A stretch of DNA of 45,771 nt from Oscillospiraceae bacterium. Its GTDB lineage: Bacteria > Bacillota > Clostridia > Oscillospirales > Ruminococcaceae. The notes beneath the pieces are model-generated. The model made no database searches, was not told the origin of the DNA, and saw only the letters and a program-made list of their open reading frames with translations. Location: positions 1 through 45,771 of the forward strand of contig JAEDGE010000001.1 in NCBI GenBank assembly GCA_016297675.1, read 5' to 3'. How positions within the stretch are numbered: position 1 is the first letter of the stretch; each line of letters starts with the position of its first letter. The position numbers were made by a program, and so were the translations under genes. This document shows, piece by piece, positions 29,036-37,517 of this stretch.

Positions 29036-29488
29036 TTATGAAATGGGTTTCATAAAAGTCAGCCAAGTGTCAGAAACGTCTCCCTGCATTGCATGATAAA
29101 ATGCAATGGCAGATATATTTTCCTTTAAACATTTCCATTCTATTCGCAAGCAATTTTTTTCTTTTGCAATCTGTTCCAGATTCTGAAATAATTTTGATGC
29201 AACACCTTTGTTACGATATGCTGGTTCCACCCAAAGCTCTTCCAGATAGAGAACTGTTCTACCTGAAAGCATCGCAAGCGGAATGAAAAAATAAGCAGCC
29301 AGTCCAATGGTTGTTCCATTTTCTGTTTCTGCCAATAATGCAAAGAGACTATTTTCTTCTTGTAGCATCTTGTGAATCGTTTCTGCTGTTAATTCACAGG
29401 ATGCAGAAAGCCCTTCAAAATCTGCTAACTTGTGTATCATTTGACAGATGACTTCTGCATCATCGGATGTAGCAGGTCGAATGTTCAT
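29036..29488 (-). CDS. GNAT family N-acetyltransferase (SSAT/diamine acetyltransferase-like)
   Basis: Motifs IRPAT..D, LADFE, LYLEELWVEPAYRNKGVA, RIEWKCLKEN..AIAFY. The ATG overlaps the asd stop (ATGA). Confidence 0.88.
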   Translation of the reverse strand: MNIRPATSDDAEVICQMIHKLADFEGLSASCELTAETIHKMLQEENSLFALLAETENGTTIGLAAYFFIPLAMLSGRTVLYLEELWVEPAYRNKGVASKLFQNLEQIAKEKNCLRIEWKCLKENISAIAFYHAMQGDVSDTWLTFMKPIS

Positions 29489-30564
29489 GCAAAGTAGCCC
29501 TTTGCAGCCAGCAATTCTGCCAGTAATACCGCACCGCCAGCAGCACCACGCAGCGTGTTGTGAGACAGGCAAACGAACTTATAATCAAACAGAGAATCTT
29601 CTCGCAGACGACCAACAGAAACAGCCATGCCGTTTTCCAGATTGCGGTCAATCTTTGCCTGCGGGCGGTTATCTTCTTCAAAATAGTGGATAAACTGCTT
29701 TGGTGCACTTGGCAGCTGCAATTCCTGTGGCACACCTGCAAATTCCTGCCAAGCCTTTAGAATTTCTTCTTTTGATGGCTTCTTGTCGAACGAAACAAAT
29801 ACTGCCGCAGTGTGCCCATCAGAAACGGGTACACGCAAACACTGTGTGGTGATGAGTGGAGAAGTAACCGAAACAATCTGGTCGCTTTCTACGCTGCCCC
29901 AAACCTTCAAAGGTTCTTTTTCTGACTTTTCTTCTTCACCACCGATGAACGGGATCACATTATCCACCATTTCCGGCCATGACTGGAAGGTCTTTCCGGC
30001 ACCAGAAATTGCCTGATAGGTGCAAGCGAGTACCTGCTTGATGCCATAAGCACGCAGTGGAGAAAGTGCTGGCACATAGCTCTGAATGGAGCAATTGGAC
30101 TTGACAGCAATGAAACCCTTCTTTGTACCAAGCCGTTTTTTCTGGCTTTCGATGACATCCAGATGTTCCGGATTCACTTCTGGAATAACCATTGGTACAT
30201 CCGGCGTAAACCGATGAGCAGAATTATTGGAAACGACAGGACATTCTGCCTTTGCATACGCTTCTTCCAGTGCACGGATTTCCTCTTTTTTCATGTCTAC
30301 TGCACAGAAGACAAAGTCTACCATGGAAGCAATTTTTTCAATGTCTGCCTGTGCATCCAGCATTACCATATCCTTCATAGCAGACGGCATTGGGTTTGTC
30401 ATTGCCCAACGGCTGCCAACAGCTGCTTCATAGGTTTTACCAGCAGAGCGAGGAGAGGCTGCCAGTGCGACAACCTGAAACCACGGATGACCGTCCAGCA
30501 AGGTTGCAAACCGCTGACCTACCATGCCTGTTGCACCAATGATACCAACTTTCCACTGTTTCAT
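29485..30564 (-). CDS. asd: Aspartate-semialdehyde dehydrogenase
   Basis: Motifs GATGMVGQRF, SNNSAHR, PEVN, catalytic KSNCS, QAISGAG, RVPVSDGH, HNTLRGAAGGA. ATG 30564 follows GGAGG. Confidence 0.97.
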   Translation of the reverse strand: MKQWKVGIIGATGMVGQRFATLLDGHPWFQVVALAASPRSAGKTYEAAVGSRWAMTNPMPSAMKDMVMLDAQADIEKIASMVDFVFCAVDMKKEEIRALEEAYAKAECPVVSNNSAHRFTPDVPMVIPEVNPEHLDVIESQKKRLGTKKGFIAVKSNCSIQSYVPALSPLRAYGIKQVLACTYQAISGAGKTFQSWPEMVDNVIPFIGGEEEKSEKEPLKVWGSVESDQIVSVTSPLITTQCLRVPVSDGHTAAVFVSFDKKPSKEEILKAWQEFAGVPQELQLPSAPKQFIHYFEEDNRPQAKIDRNLENGMAVSVGRLREDSLFDYKFVCLSHNTLRGAAGGAVLLAELLAAKGYFA

Positions 30565-30594
30565 TTGTAAATCCTCCAAAAATCATTAAAAATA

Positions 30595-30621
30595 AAAAAA
30601 ACCGGTTGAAAACCGATAGAG
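30595..30621 (-). terminator. Regulated terminator (expression platform) of the lysine riboswitch
   Basis: Minus strand reads ATCGGTT-TTC-AACCGGT followed by a U-tract. The overlapping CTCTATC is complementary to the aptamer 5' GATAGAG and can act as antiterminator. Confidence 0.75.
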
Positions 30622-30654
30622 TATGCGTTATAATAGATATGTTGGCATTTTGTA

Positions 30655-30826
30655 TCTGCCGATAGCTCTCCATCACAACGATGACAGTCACAGACCTGTT
30701 CGGAGCTGTGACCAGAAAAGAAAGGACCAGATTCTTTTCTTCGGCACTCGCACCTTTTTGTTCTGCATTGACGATTGGTCAGATCCAGTCAGAACATACT
30801 CATTTTGAGTGCACCTCTATCTTAAG
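30655..30826 (-). ncRNA. Lysine riboswitch (L-box)
   Basis: Minus strand: GATAGAGGTGC...ATGAGTA...AAAGG...GCCGAA...CTGTCATC...GATGGAGAGCTATC. P1 is GATAG/CTATC. Located upstream of asd-dapA-dapB. Confidence 0.93.
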
Positions 30827-30830
30827 TTCC

Positions 30831-30859
30831 ATCATACCATTTTTCCGGTGGTATGTCAA
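30831..30859 (-). promoter_or_regulatory. sigma-A promoter of the lysine riboswitch/asd operon
   Basis: Minus strand TTGACA (30859-30854), 17 bp spacer, TGgTATGAT (-10 hexamer at 30836-30831). Confidence 0.8.
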
Positions 30860-30889
30860 TATTATTTTGAAAAAAATTAGGAGTGAACC

Positions 30890-31918
30890 ATGAAAAAATC
30901 AGATTTTTATTATAATTTACCGGAATCGTTGATTGCACAGACACCAGTGACACCAAGAGATCATTCTCGTTTGATGTTGGTCGACAAAGAAACCGGTGCA
31001 ATTTCTCACCGCCATTTCTACAATTTATGCGATATTCTGCAAAAGGGTGACTTACTGGTTATGAATGATTCCCGCGTTCTGCCAGCGAGACTGTATGGAG
31101 AAAAAATAGAAAATGGAACCTTTATTGAATTTCTGCTGCTCGAACAAAAAGGCGATCAGTGTTGGGAAATTATTTGTCGACCTGGCAAGAAGGCAAAGGT
31201 GGGTACACGATTTTCTTTTGGTGACGGAAAATTGATAGCAGAGGTAATGGAAGTGAAACCGGATGGCAATCGGATTGTTCAGTTTCAGTGTGACGGCAAT
31301 TTCTATACAGTATTGGATGAAATCGGACAAATGCCACTTCCGCCGTATATCACAAAGAAATTAGAAGACAAAGAACGCTATCAGACTGTTTATTCCAGAG
31401 AACTTGGTTCTGCAGCAGCTCCCACTGCTGGATTGCATTTTACAAAAGAAATGCTGCAAACGTTACAGGAAAAAGGAATTGATACTGCATTTGTAACTTT
31501 ACATGTGGGACTTGGCACATTTCGTCCGGTTAAAGAAGACGATGTCTTACAGCATAAGATGCATAGTGAGCATTATCATCTGCCGCAGGAAACAGTAGAT
31601 AAAATTTTACAGACAAAGCGGAACGGTGGACGAGTCATTGCTGTTGGTACAACTTCTTGCCGCACATTGGAGGCAGTTGCAACGATGCATGATGGTGTAT
31701 TAGAAGCATCAGACGGTTATACAGATATTTTCATTTATCCGGGTTACCAATTTAAAGTATTGGATGGACTCATTACGAATTTCCATTTGCCGGAGAGCAC
31801 ATTGATTATGCTTGTATCTGCATTGTTGGGTTATGAAAAGACCATGCATGCTTATGAAGTTGCGGTACAAGAACAATATCGCTTTTTCAGCTTTGGCGAT
31901 GCGATGTGTATTTTATAA
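30890..31918 (+). CDS. queA: S-adenosylmethionine:tRNA ribosyltransferase-isomerase
   Basis: Motifs [69 protein letters not shown]. Confidence 0.98.
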   Translation: MKKSDFYYNLPESLIAQTPVTPRDHSRLMLVDKETGAISHRHFYNLCDILQKGDLLVMNDSRVLPARLYGEKIENGTFIEFLLLEQKGDQCWEIICRPGKKAKVGTRFSFGDGKLIAEVMEVKPDGNRIVQFQCDGNFYTVLDEIGQMPLPPYITKKLEDKERYQTVYSRELGSAAAPTAGLHFTKEMLQTLQEKGIDTAFVTLHVGLGTFRPVKEDDVLQHKMHSEHYHLPQETVDKILQTKRNGGRVIAVGTTSCRTLEAVATMHDGVLEASDGYTDIFIYPGYQFKVLDGLITNFHLPESTLIMLVSALLGYEKTMHAYEVAVQEQYRFFSFGDAMCIL

Positions 31919-32036
31919 TTACAAATCTGTCTGAGTATCTTCACAAGATATTTTTAAGAAATTCCCATAAAAATAAAAGGAATCGAAACTTTTTAAGCGA
32001 ACAACCTGAAAATGATTTGAAATATGGAAAATTGCA

Positions 32037-32066
32037 TTGACAACAGAAAAAACAGCGTGCTAAAAT
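32037..32066 (+). promoter_or_regulatory. Candidate sigma-A promoter for sdaAB-sdaAA
   Basis: TTGACA (32037-32042), 18 bp spacer, TGcTAAAAT (-10 hexamer at 32061-32066). Confidence 0.65.
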
Positions 32067-32188
32067 GAGCAAAAAGAAAGTGTTTCCATTTCTCATTTGC
32101 AATTGGTTTTAGAAATAAATCAGATAGAATGGAAATACTATCTGTAAAAATATGAACATTGCAGCCGTGTGATTTCAGGGAGGACGTT

Positions 32189-32857
32189 ATGCATATTTTT
32201 GATATTATTGGACCTGTTATGATTGGACCATCCAGTTCCCATACAGCTGGTGCGGCAAAAATTGGATATGTTACAAGAAAATTATTGGGGGAACGTCCAG
32301 TAGAAGCAGAAATTATGCTGCATGGTTCTTTTTCTGCAACGGGTTCGGGACATGGGACAGATCGTGCAATTGTAGCAGGACTACTCGGTTATAAACCGGA
32401 TGATGAACATCTACCCAATAGTTTTGTAGAAGCAAAACAAGCAGGACTTGCATTTGAATTAACACACGGAGTGATTCGAAATGCTCATCCAAATACAGCA
32501 AAAATTCATGTTTTTGGAGAAAGTGGGAAAGAGTTAGAGGTTGTAGGCGCTTCTGTTGGCGGCGGTCGGATTCAAATTTGTGAGATTGATGGAATTTGCA
32601 CGAATTTTTCCGGAGAATATAATACGATTATCGTGCACAATACAGATACACCAGGACATGTCGCACAGGTTACTACTGTATTGGCACAGAAGAATGTAAA
32701 TATTGCTTCAATGCAGCTTTACCGAAATATGCAAGGCGGTTACGCAGTTATGATCATTGAATGTGATGATGTTATTCCGGAAAATATGTTGGCATGGCTG
32801 AAAGATTTGGATGGCATTATTAAAATTACCAGTTACAATGCGGAAGAGGGGGTATAA
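32189..32857 (+). CDS. sdaAB: L-serine dehydratase (Fe-S) beta subunit with ACT domain
   Basis: Motifs FDIIGPVMIGPSSSHTAGA, GHGTDRA, HPNT, SVGGG, C-terminal ACT domain. ATG 32189 follows GGAGG. Confidence 0.96.
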   Translation: MHIFDIIGPVMIGPSSSHTAGAAKIGYVTRKLLGERPVEAEIMLHGSFSATGSGHGTDRAIVAGLLGYKPDDEHLPNSFVEAKQAGLAFELTHGVIRNAHPNTAKIHVFGESGKELEVVGASVGGGRIQICEIDGICTNFSGEYNTIIVHNTDTPGHVAQVTTVLAQKNVNIASMQLYRNMQGGYAVMIIECDDVIPENMLAWLKDLDGIIKITSYNAEEGV

Positions 32858-32862
32858 GTAAT

Positions 32863-33744
32863 ATGGCACTGAAATCTGTGGCAGAATTGATGACAGCTTG
32901 TGAGATTTCCCAAAAACCACTGTGGGAAGTCATTCTCATGCAAGACTTGGAAATTGATACGCCGGAAGCCAGAACTGTATCTATGCAAAGAATGGATCAT
33001 ATGTGGAATATTATGTGTGCCTCCGTAAAAAATTATGATAAAGAACAGCATTCTTTCAGTGGTTTGGTCGGCGGAGATGGTGCAAGGTATCTGGACGCAA
33101 TGCAATCTGGAAATATGATGTGTGGACACTATTTTAACTTGGCGATTGCAACTGCGTTAAAGGTGAGTGAGTGTAACGCTTGTATGAAACGAATTGTAGC
33201 CGCACCAACTGCCGGTTCCTGTGGTGTCATACCAGCTGCTTTGATTCCCTATCAGGAAGAATACCATACAACGAAAGAAGATATGCTGCATGCACTTTAT
33301 GTTGCAGGTGGATTTGGCAATATCATTGCGGAGCGAGCTTCTATTTCTGGTGCAGAGGCTGGATGTCAGGCGGAGATTGGAGCGGCTTCTGCTATGGCAG
33401 CCGCCGCTTTGACGTTTTTGTGCGGCGGCACACCGGAAGCATGTGAAAATGCCTGTGCAATGGCACTGAAAAATTTGCTTGGATTGGTTTGTGATCCGGT
33501 TGCCGGATTAGTAGAGGTGCCATGTGTAAAACGAAATGTCGTTGGTGTTGTCAATGCCATTGCTTGTGCCAATATGGCGATTTCTGGCATCACCAGTCGA
33601 ATTCCAGCCGATGAGGTAATTGATGCAATGGGGGATATTGGACGGCATATGCCAGAAACATTGCGAGAAACTGCAACTGGTGGCTTGGCAGTCACACCGA
33701 CTGCACAGAAAGTAGCAGAAAGGTTTTCCAAAAATACAGAATAA
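32863..33744 (+). CDS. sdaAA: L-serine dehydratase (Fe-S) alpha subunit
   Basis: Motifs AAPTAGSCG, SGAEAGCQAEIG, LGLVCDPVAGLVEVPCVKRN, LRETATGGLA. Confidence 0.97.
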   Translation: MALKSVAELMTACEISQKPLWEVILMQDLEIDTPEARTVSMQRMDHMWNIMCASVKNYDKEQHSFSGLVGGDGARYLDAMQSGNMMCGHYFNLAIATALKVSECNACMKRIVAAPTAGSCGVIPAALIPYQEEYHTTKEDMLHALYVAGGFGNIIAERASISGAEAGCQAEIGAASAMAAAALTFLCGGTPEACENACAMALKNLLGLVCDPVAGLVEVPCVKRNVVGVVNAIACANMAISGITSRIPADEVIDAMGDIGRHMPETLRETATGGLAVTPTAQKVAERFSKNTE

Positions 33745-33818
33745 TTTTTTACAAAAAAATAATTTAATATAAATTTTTCATACAAAATTGTAGAGTATAA
33801 TAAAATCATAAAAGGCCT

Positions 33819-33888
33819 TGAAATGAATTACCATTTGGAACAATGACGTCCCATACAGTAACCAATTACTGTATGTGGGCGTTTTTTT
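33819..33888 (+). promoter_or_regulatory. ANTAR-type twin-hairpin leader overlapping an intrinsic terminator upstream of amtB
   Basis: TGA[AATGAA]TTA (33819-33830) and TGGAAC[AATGAC]GTCCCA (33836-33853), both hexaloops with A1 and G4. The second overlaps the terminator GACGTCCCATACAGTAA / TTACTGTATGTGGGCGTT plus T-tract. TATAAT at 33796-33801. Confidence 0.72.
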
Positions 33889-34007
33889 ATGTTTAAATTA
33901 AGTTTCCGATTGGTAGACACCGGTGCGACTGTAATTATTTATGTAAATCTATTTTACGTAAAACTGCAAGACATCGCAGAAAAGCAAGTTTGAGGAGGAC
34001 AAAATCA

Positions 34008-35255
34008 ATGAATTCTGGTAGTATTGCATTTGTAATTATTTGTGCAGCTTTGGTATTTTTTATGACACCGGGCTTGTCTTATTTTTATGGCGGTTTGGTT
34101 CGTCGTAAAAATGCGGTAAACACGATGTTTGCCTCTGTGATTACGATTGGTATAGGAATTGTAATGTGGGTATTGTTCGGATATTCTCTTTCCTTTGGAA
34201 CGGATCACTTTGGTATAATTGGTGATTTTAGTTGGTTGGGACTGGAAGGTGTGTCCAAGACTGAACCATATGTGGAAGGACAACAAATACCAAATATGGT
34301 GTTTTGTCTGTTTCAAATGATGTTTGCTGTCATCACACCAGCATTGATTACAGGTGCGGTTGCTGGAAGAATGCGGTTTAAGTCTTTATTTTTCTTCATT
34401 ATTTTCTGGAGTATTATCGTTTATTATCCAATGGCACATATGGTATGGGGTGATGGTGGATTTTTAGCAAAAATTGGTTCTGTCGATTTTGCTGGAGGAA
34501 ATGTTGTACATATTAGTTCTGGTGTTTCTGCATTATTACTTTGCATTTTACTTGGGAAACGATATGACTATACAAGAACAAATTATAGAATTCATAATAT
34601 TCCATTCGTAGCAATGGGTTCGTTTATCCTGTTATTTGGTTGGTTTGGGTTTAATGCTGGTTCTGCATTGGCGGCAGATGGTTTGGCAGCACATGCCTTC
34701 ATCACCACAGCAGTTTCTTCTGCAGCTGGTATGCTTTCTTGGATGCTTTGTGATGTAATTGCAGATAAAAAACCGACTTTTGTTGGTGCTAGCACAGGTT
34801 TGGTTGCTGGTTTGGTTGGTATCACACCGGGGGCAGGATTTGTACCAATTTGGGCGGCTATTATCATTGGATTTACAACCTCTCCAATTTGCTTCTTTAT
34901 GATTTCTTTTGTAAAGAAAAAACTGGGTTATGATGATGCATTGGATGCGTTTGGATGCCATGGAATTGGTGGTATCTGGGGCGGTATTTGTACTGGTTTG
35001 TTCACAAGGTCATCTATTAATGACATTGGACAGGGAAATGGTCTTTTCTTTGGTGATACGAAGTTGTTTTTGATGCAGTTAGTGAGCATTGTTATCACGA
35101 TTGCAGTTGCAGTTGTTGGCACATTAATCTGTTATGCGTTGACAAAATTAGTAAGTGGTGGACGGATTCGAGTAGATGAACGAACAGAACGTGCTGGTTT
35201 GGATCGTGCAGAACATGGTGAATCTGCTTATCCGTCCTTTACAGGATTAGACTAA
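34008..35255 (+). CDS. amtB: Ammonium transporter
   Basis: Motifs MTPGLSYFYGGLVR, FQMMFAVITPAL, DFAGGNVVH, GWFGFNAGS, DDALDAFGCHG. Confidence 0.97.
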   Translation: MNSGSIAFVIICAALVFFMTPGLSYFYGGLVRRKNAVNTMFASVITIGIGIVMWVLFGYSLSFGTDHFGIIGDFSWLGLEGVSKTEPYVEGQQIPNMVFCLFQMMFAVITPALITGAVAGRMRFKSLFFFIIFWSIIVYYPMAHMVWGDGGFLAKIGSVDFAGGNVVHISSGVSALLLCILLGKRYDYTRTNYRIHNIPFVAMGSFILLFGWFGFNAGSALAADGLAAHAFITTAVSSAAGMLSWMLCDVIADKKPTFVGASTGLVAGLVGITPGAGFVPIWAAIIIGFTTSPICFFMISFVKKKLGYDDALDAFGCHGIGGIWGGICTGLFTRSSINDIGQGNGLFFGDTKLFLMQLVSIVITIAVAVVGTLICYALTKLVSGGRIRVDERTERAGLDRAEHGESAYPSFTGLD

Positions 35256-35275
35256 ACAGGAGGAGAGACATCATA

Positions 35276-35632
35276 ATGATTATCAAAGTAGAAGCAATTA
35301 TTCGCGAAGAGAAGCTGCAAGATGTATTGGATGCACTCGCAGAAATGAATGTACATGGTGTTACTTGCTATCAAGTTATGGGATGTGGCACGCAACGTGG
35401 AATGAAAAGTTATGTGCGTGGACATCAGGAAGTAGAAATTCATATGCTTCCAAAGATTAAGCTGGAAATTTTAGTTTCATCAGAAGAATGGGAACAAAAG
35501 ACAATGGAAACCATTCAAAAGGCAGCCTATACAGGTAATATTGGAGATGGTAAAATCTTTAGTTATGATGTGCGAAATGCGATGCGAATTCGAACGAAAG
35601 AAACTGGTCCCGGTGCAATTCAACCAGAATGA
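35276..35632 (+). CDS. glnB: Nitrogen regulatory protein P-II (GlnB/GlnK family)
   Basis: Motifs KVEAIIR, GCGTQRG, LPKIKLEI, TGNIGDGKIF, RIRT. Adjacent to amtB. Confidence 0.93.
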   Translation: MIIKVEAIIREEKLQDVLDALAEMNVHGVTCYQVMGCGTQRGMKSYVRGHQEVEIHMLPKIKLEILVSSEEWEQKTMETIQKAAYTGNIGDGKIFSYDVRNAMRIRTKETGPGAIQPE

Positions 35633-35649
35633 TTAGAATATACTGCAAT

Positions 35650-35683
35650 AAAAAGACTGGTTCAAAAGGAACTGGTCTTTTTT
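35650..35683 (+). terminator. Intrinsic terminator after the P-II gene
   Basis: AAAAAGACTGGTTC-aaaag-GAACTGGTCTTTTTT. Confidence 0.82.
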
Positions 35684-35685
35684 GC

Positions 35686-35715
35686 TTGACGATATGCAAG
35701 AAAACATGTTATAAT
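35686..35715 (+). promoter_or_regulatory. sigma-A promoter for trmO-cobT-cbiC-cobO
   Basis: TTGACG (35686-35691), 18 bp spacer, TGtTATAAT (-10 hexamer at 35710-35715). Confidence 0.72.
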
Positions 35716-35745
35716 AAATAAAAATCATGTAGGAGGGATCTGCTT

Positions 35746-36447
35746 TTGCATATTATCGCACATATTGAAAACGCTTTTCAAACAAAATTTGGAATTCCAC
35801 GCCAAAGCGGTCTGGTTCCTTCTTTGCAATCCAAGATTGTTTTTGAACCATTATACCGTAATCCGGATGCATTTCGCGGTTTAGAAGATTATTCTCATAT
35901 CTGGCTGATTTGGCAGTTTTCTGATGCCATTCGGGAGAACTGGTCTCCTACTGTGCGTCCACCACGGCTTGGTGGGAATCAAAGAATGGGCGTGTTTGCA
36001 ACCCGTTCCCCATTTCGTCCAAATCCAATTGGACTTTCTGTTGTTCAGCTTGATCGAATTGTATGGAATGAATCTGATTCCCCTGTGCTATATGTTAATG
36101 GTGCAGATTTAATGAATGGGACTCCTATCTATGATATCAAACCATATCTTCCGCATATTGACAGTTATCCAGAAGCAAGTGGCGGATTTGCCTTGCAAGT
36201 TGCAGATCATGCCTTGCAAGTTGTTTTTCCACAACATTGGTTGTCACAGGTACCAGTGGAGTTACAGCAGGCATTGCGTGAACTTTTATCACAAGATCCC
36301 AGACCATCCTATCAAAATGACCCGAATCGTGTATATGGATTCTATTTCGCAGATTTGGAAATCCGATTTACTGTGCAAGAAGATATTTTAACAGTTTGCA
36401 GCATAACAAAACAAACAGAAGACTACAAAGGAGAATATGCAAAATGA
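35746..36447 (+). CDS. trmO: tRNA m6t6A37 methyltransferase TrmO (TsaA family)
   Basis: TTG start after AGGAGG; motifs KFGIPRQSGL, VRPPRLGGN, GVFATRSPFRPNPIGLS, GTPIYDIKPY, QDPRPSYQ. Confidence 0.93.
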   Translation: MHIIAHIENAFQTKFGIPRQSGLVPSLQSKIVFEPLYRNPDAFRGLEDYSHIWLIWQFSDAIRENWSPTVRPPRLGGNQRMGVFATRSPFRPNPIGLSVVQLDRIVWNESDSPVLYVNGADLMNGTPIYDIKPYLPHIDSYPEASGGFALQVADHALQVVFPQHWLSQVPVELQQALRELLSQDPRPSYQNDPNRVYGFYFADLEIRFTVQEDILTVCSITKQTEDYKGEYAK

Positions 36448-37502
36448 TGCTATCAGAATTATGCAATACAATACAGCCATTAGATGAACAAGCTATGAGA
36501 ATGGCACAGAAACGATGGGATCAGATTGCAAAACCGTTGCATAGTCTTGGAAGATTGGAAGAAATGATTGTGCAGCTTGCTGGGATTCATAGAACAGCAG
36601 ACTTGCAACTGAGAAAAAAAGCTGTTTTAATTTTTTGTGCAGACAATGGCATTGTAGCAGAAGGAGTAACACAAACAGGACAGGAAGTAACAGCAACTGT
36701 TACAGAAAATTTTACAAAGGGACTTGCCACCATCAATACCATGGCAGCTGTTTGTGATGCAGATGTCTTTCCAATTGATATTGGAATCGCCAAAGATATG
36801 CAGTGTGCGGGGTTGGATGTTCGGAAAGTCGCTTATGGAACAAAAAATTTTGCAAAAGAGCCAGCAATGACACGAACAGAAGCAGAACGTGCGATTTTAA
36901 CTGGAATAGAACTGGTAAAAGAAAAGAAGCTACAGGGATATAATCTTATTATCACAGGAGAGATGGGAATTGGAAACACCACTACTTCCAGTGCAGTATT
37001 TTCTGTTTTATCTGGTTTGTCCCCAGAGATGGTTACCGGAAGAGGAGCTGGTTTATCCAGTGAAGGTCTGCATCGAAAAATAAACTTGATTCAACATGCA
37101 ATTACAAAATATCAGCCAAATCCAAAAGATATATTAGATGTACTTTCTAAAGTAGGAGGATTTGATCTTTGTGGAATGATGGGGGCATTTCTTGGTGGTG
37201 CAATTTATCGAATCCCCATTTTGATTGATGGTTTTATTTCAGCGGTTGCAGCAAATTGTGCTGTTTACTTTGCACCGCTTTGCAGAGATTTTCTCTATGC
37301 AACACATTGTTCTGCGGAACCGGCTGGGAAATTGGCACTGGATGCAATTGGGATGCAGGCGTATTTAGAATGCGGAATGTGTCTGGGTGAGGGAACCGGT
37401 GCTGTAATTGGTGCGAAATTATTTGATTTTGCTTGGGCAGCCTACGCAGAAGTGGCTGATTTTCATGCTGCCCATGTGATTCCTTATCAACCATTGCAAT
37501 GA
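36444..37502 (+). CDS. cobT: Nicotinate-nucleotide--dimethylbenzimidazole phosphoribosyltransferase
   Basis: Motifs KPLHSLGRLE, ADNGIVAEGV, GEMGIGNTT, GRGAG, DGFIS, MCLGEGTGA. ATGA overlap with the trmO stop. Confidence 0.96.
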   Translation: MMLSELCNTIQPLDEQAMRMAQKRWDQIAKPLHSLGRLEEMIVQLAGIHRTADLQLRKKAVLIFCADNGIVAEGVTQTGQEVTATVTENFTKGLATINTMAAVCDADVFPIDIGIAKDMQCAGLDVRKVAYGTKNFAKEPAMTRTEAERAILTGIELVKEKKLQGYNLIITGEMGIGNTTTSSAVFSVLSGLSPEMVTGRGAGLSSEGLHRKINLIQHAITKYQPNPKDILDVLSKVGGFDLCGMMGAFLGGAIYRIPILIDGFISAVAANCAVYFAPLCRDFLYATHCSAEPAGKLALDAIGMQAYLECGMCLGEGTGAVIGAKLFDFAWAAYAEVADFHAAHVIPYQPLQ

Positions 37503-37517
37503 TTGGAGAGTTTACAT

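Noticed and set aside
33744..33762. ATTTTTT/AAAAAAAT inverted repeat after sdaAA considered as a terminator
   Set aside because: The stem is A/T-only and too weak to support the call.
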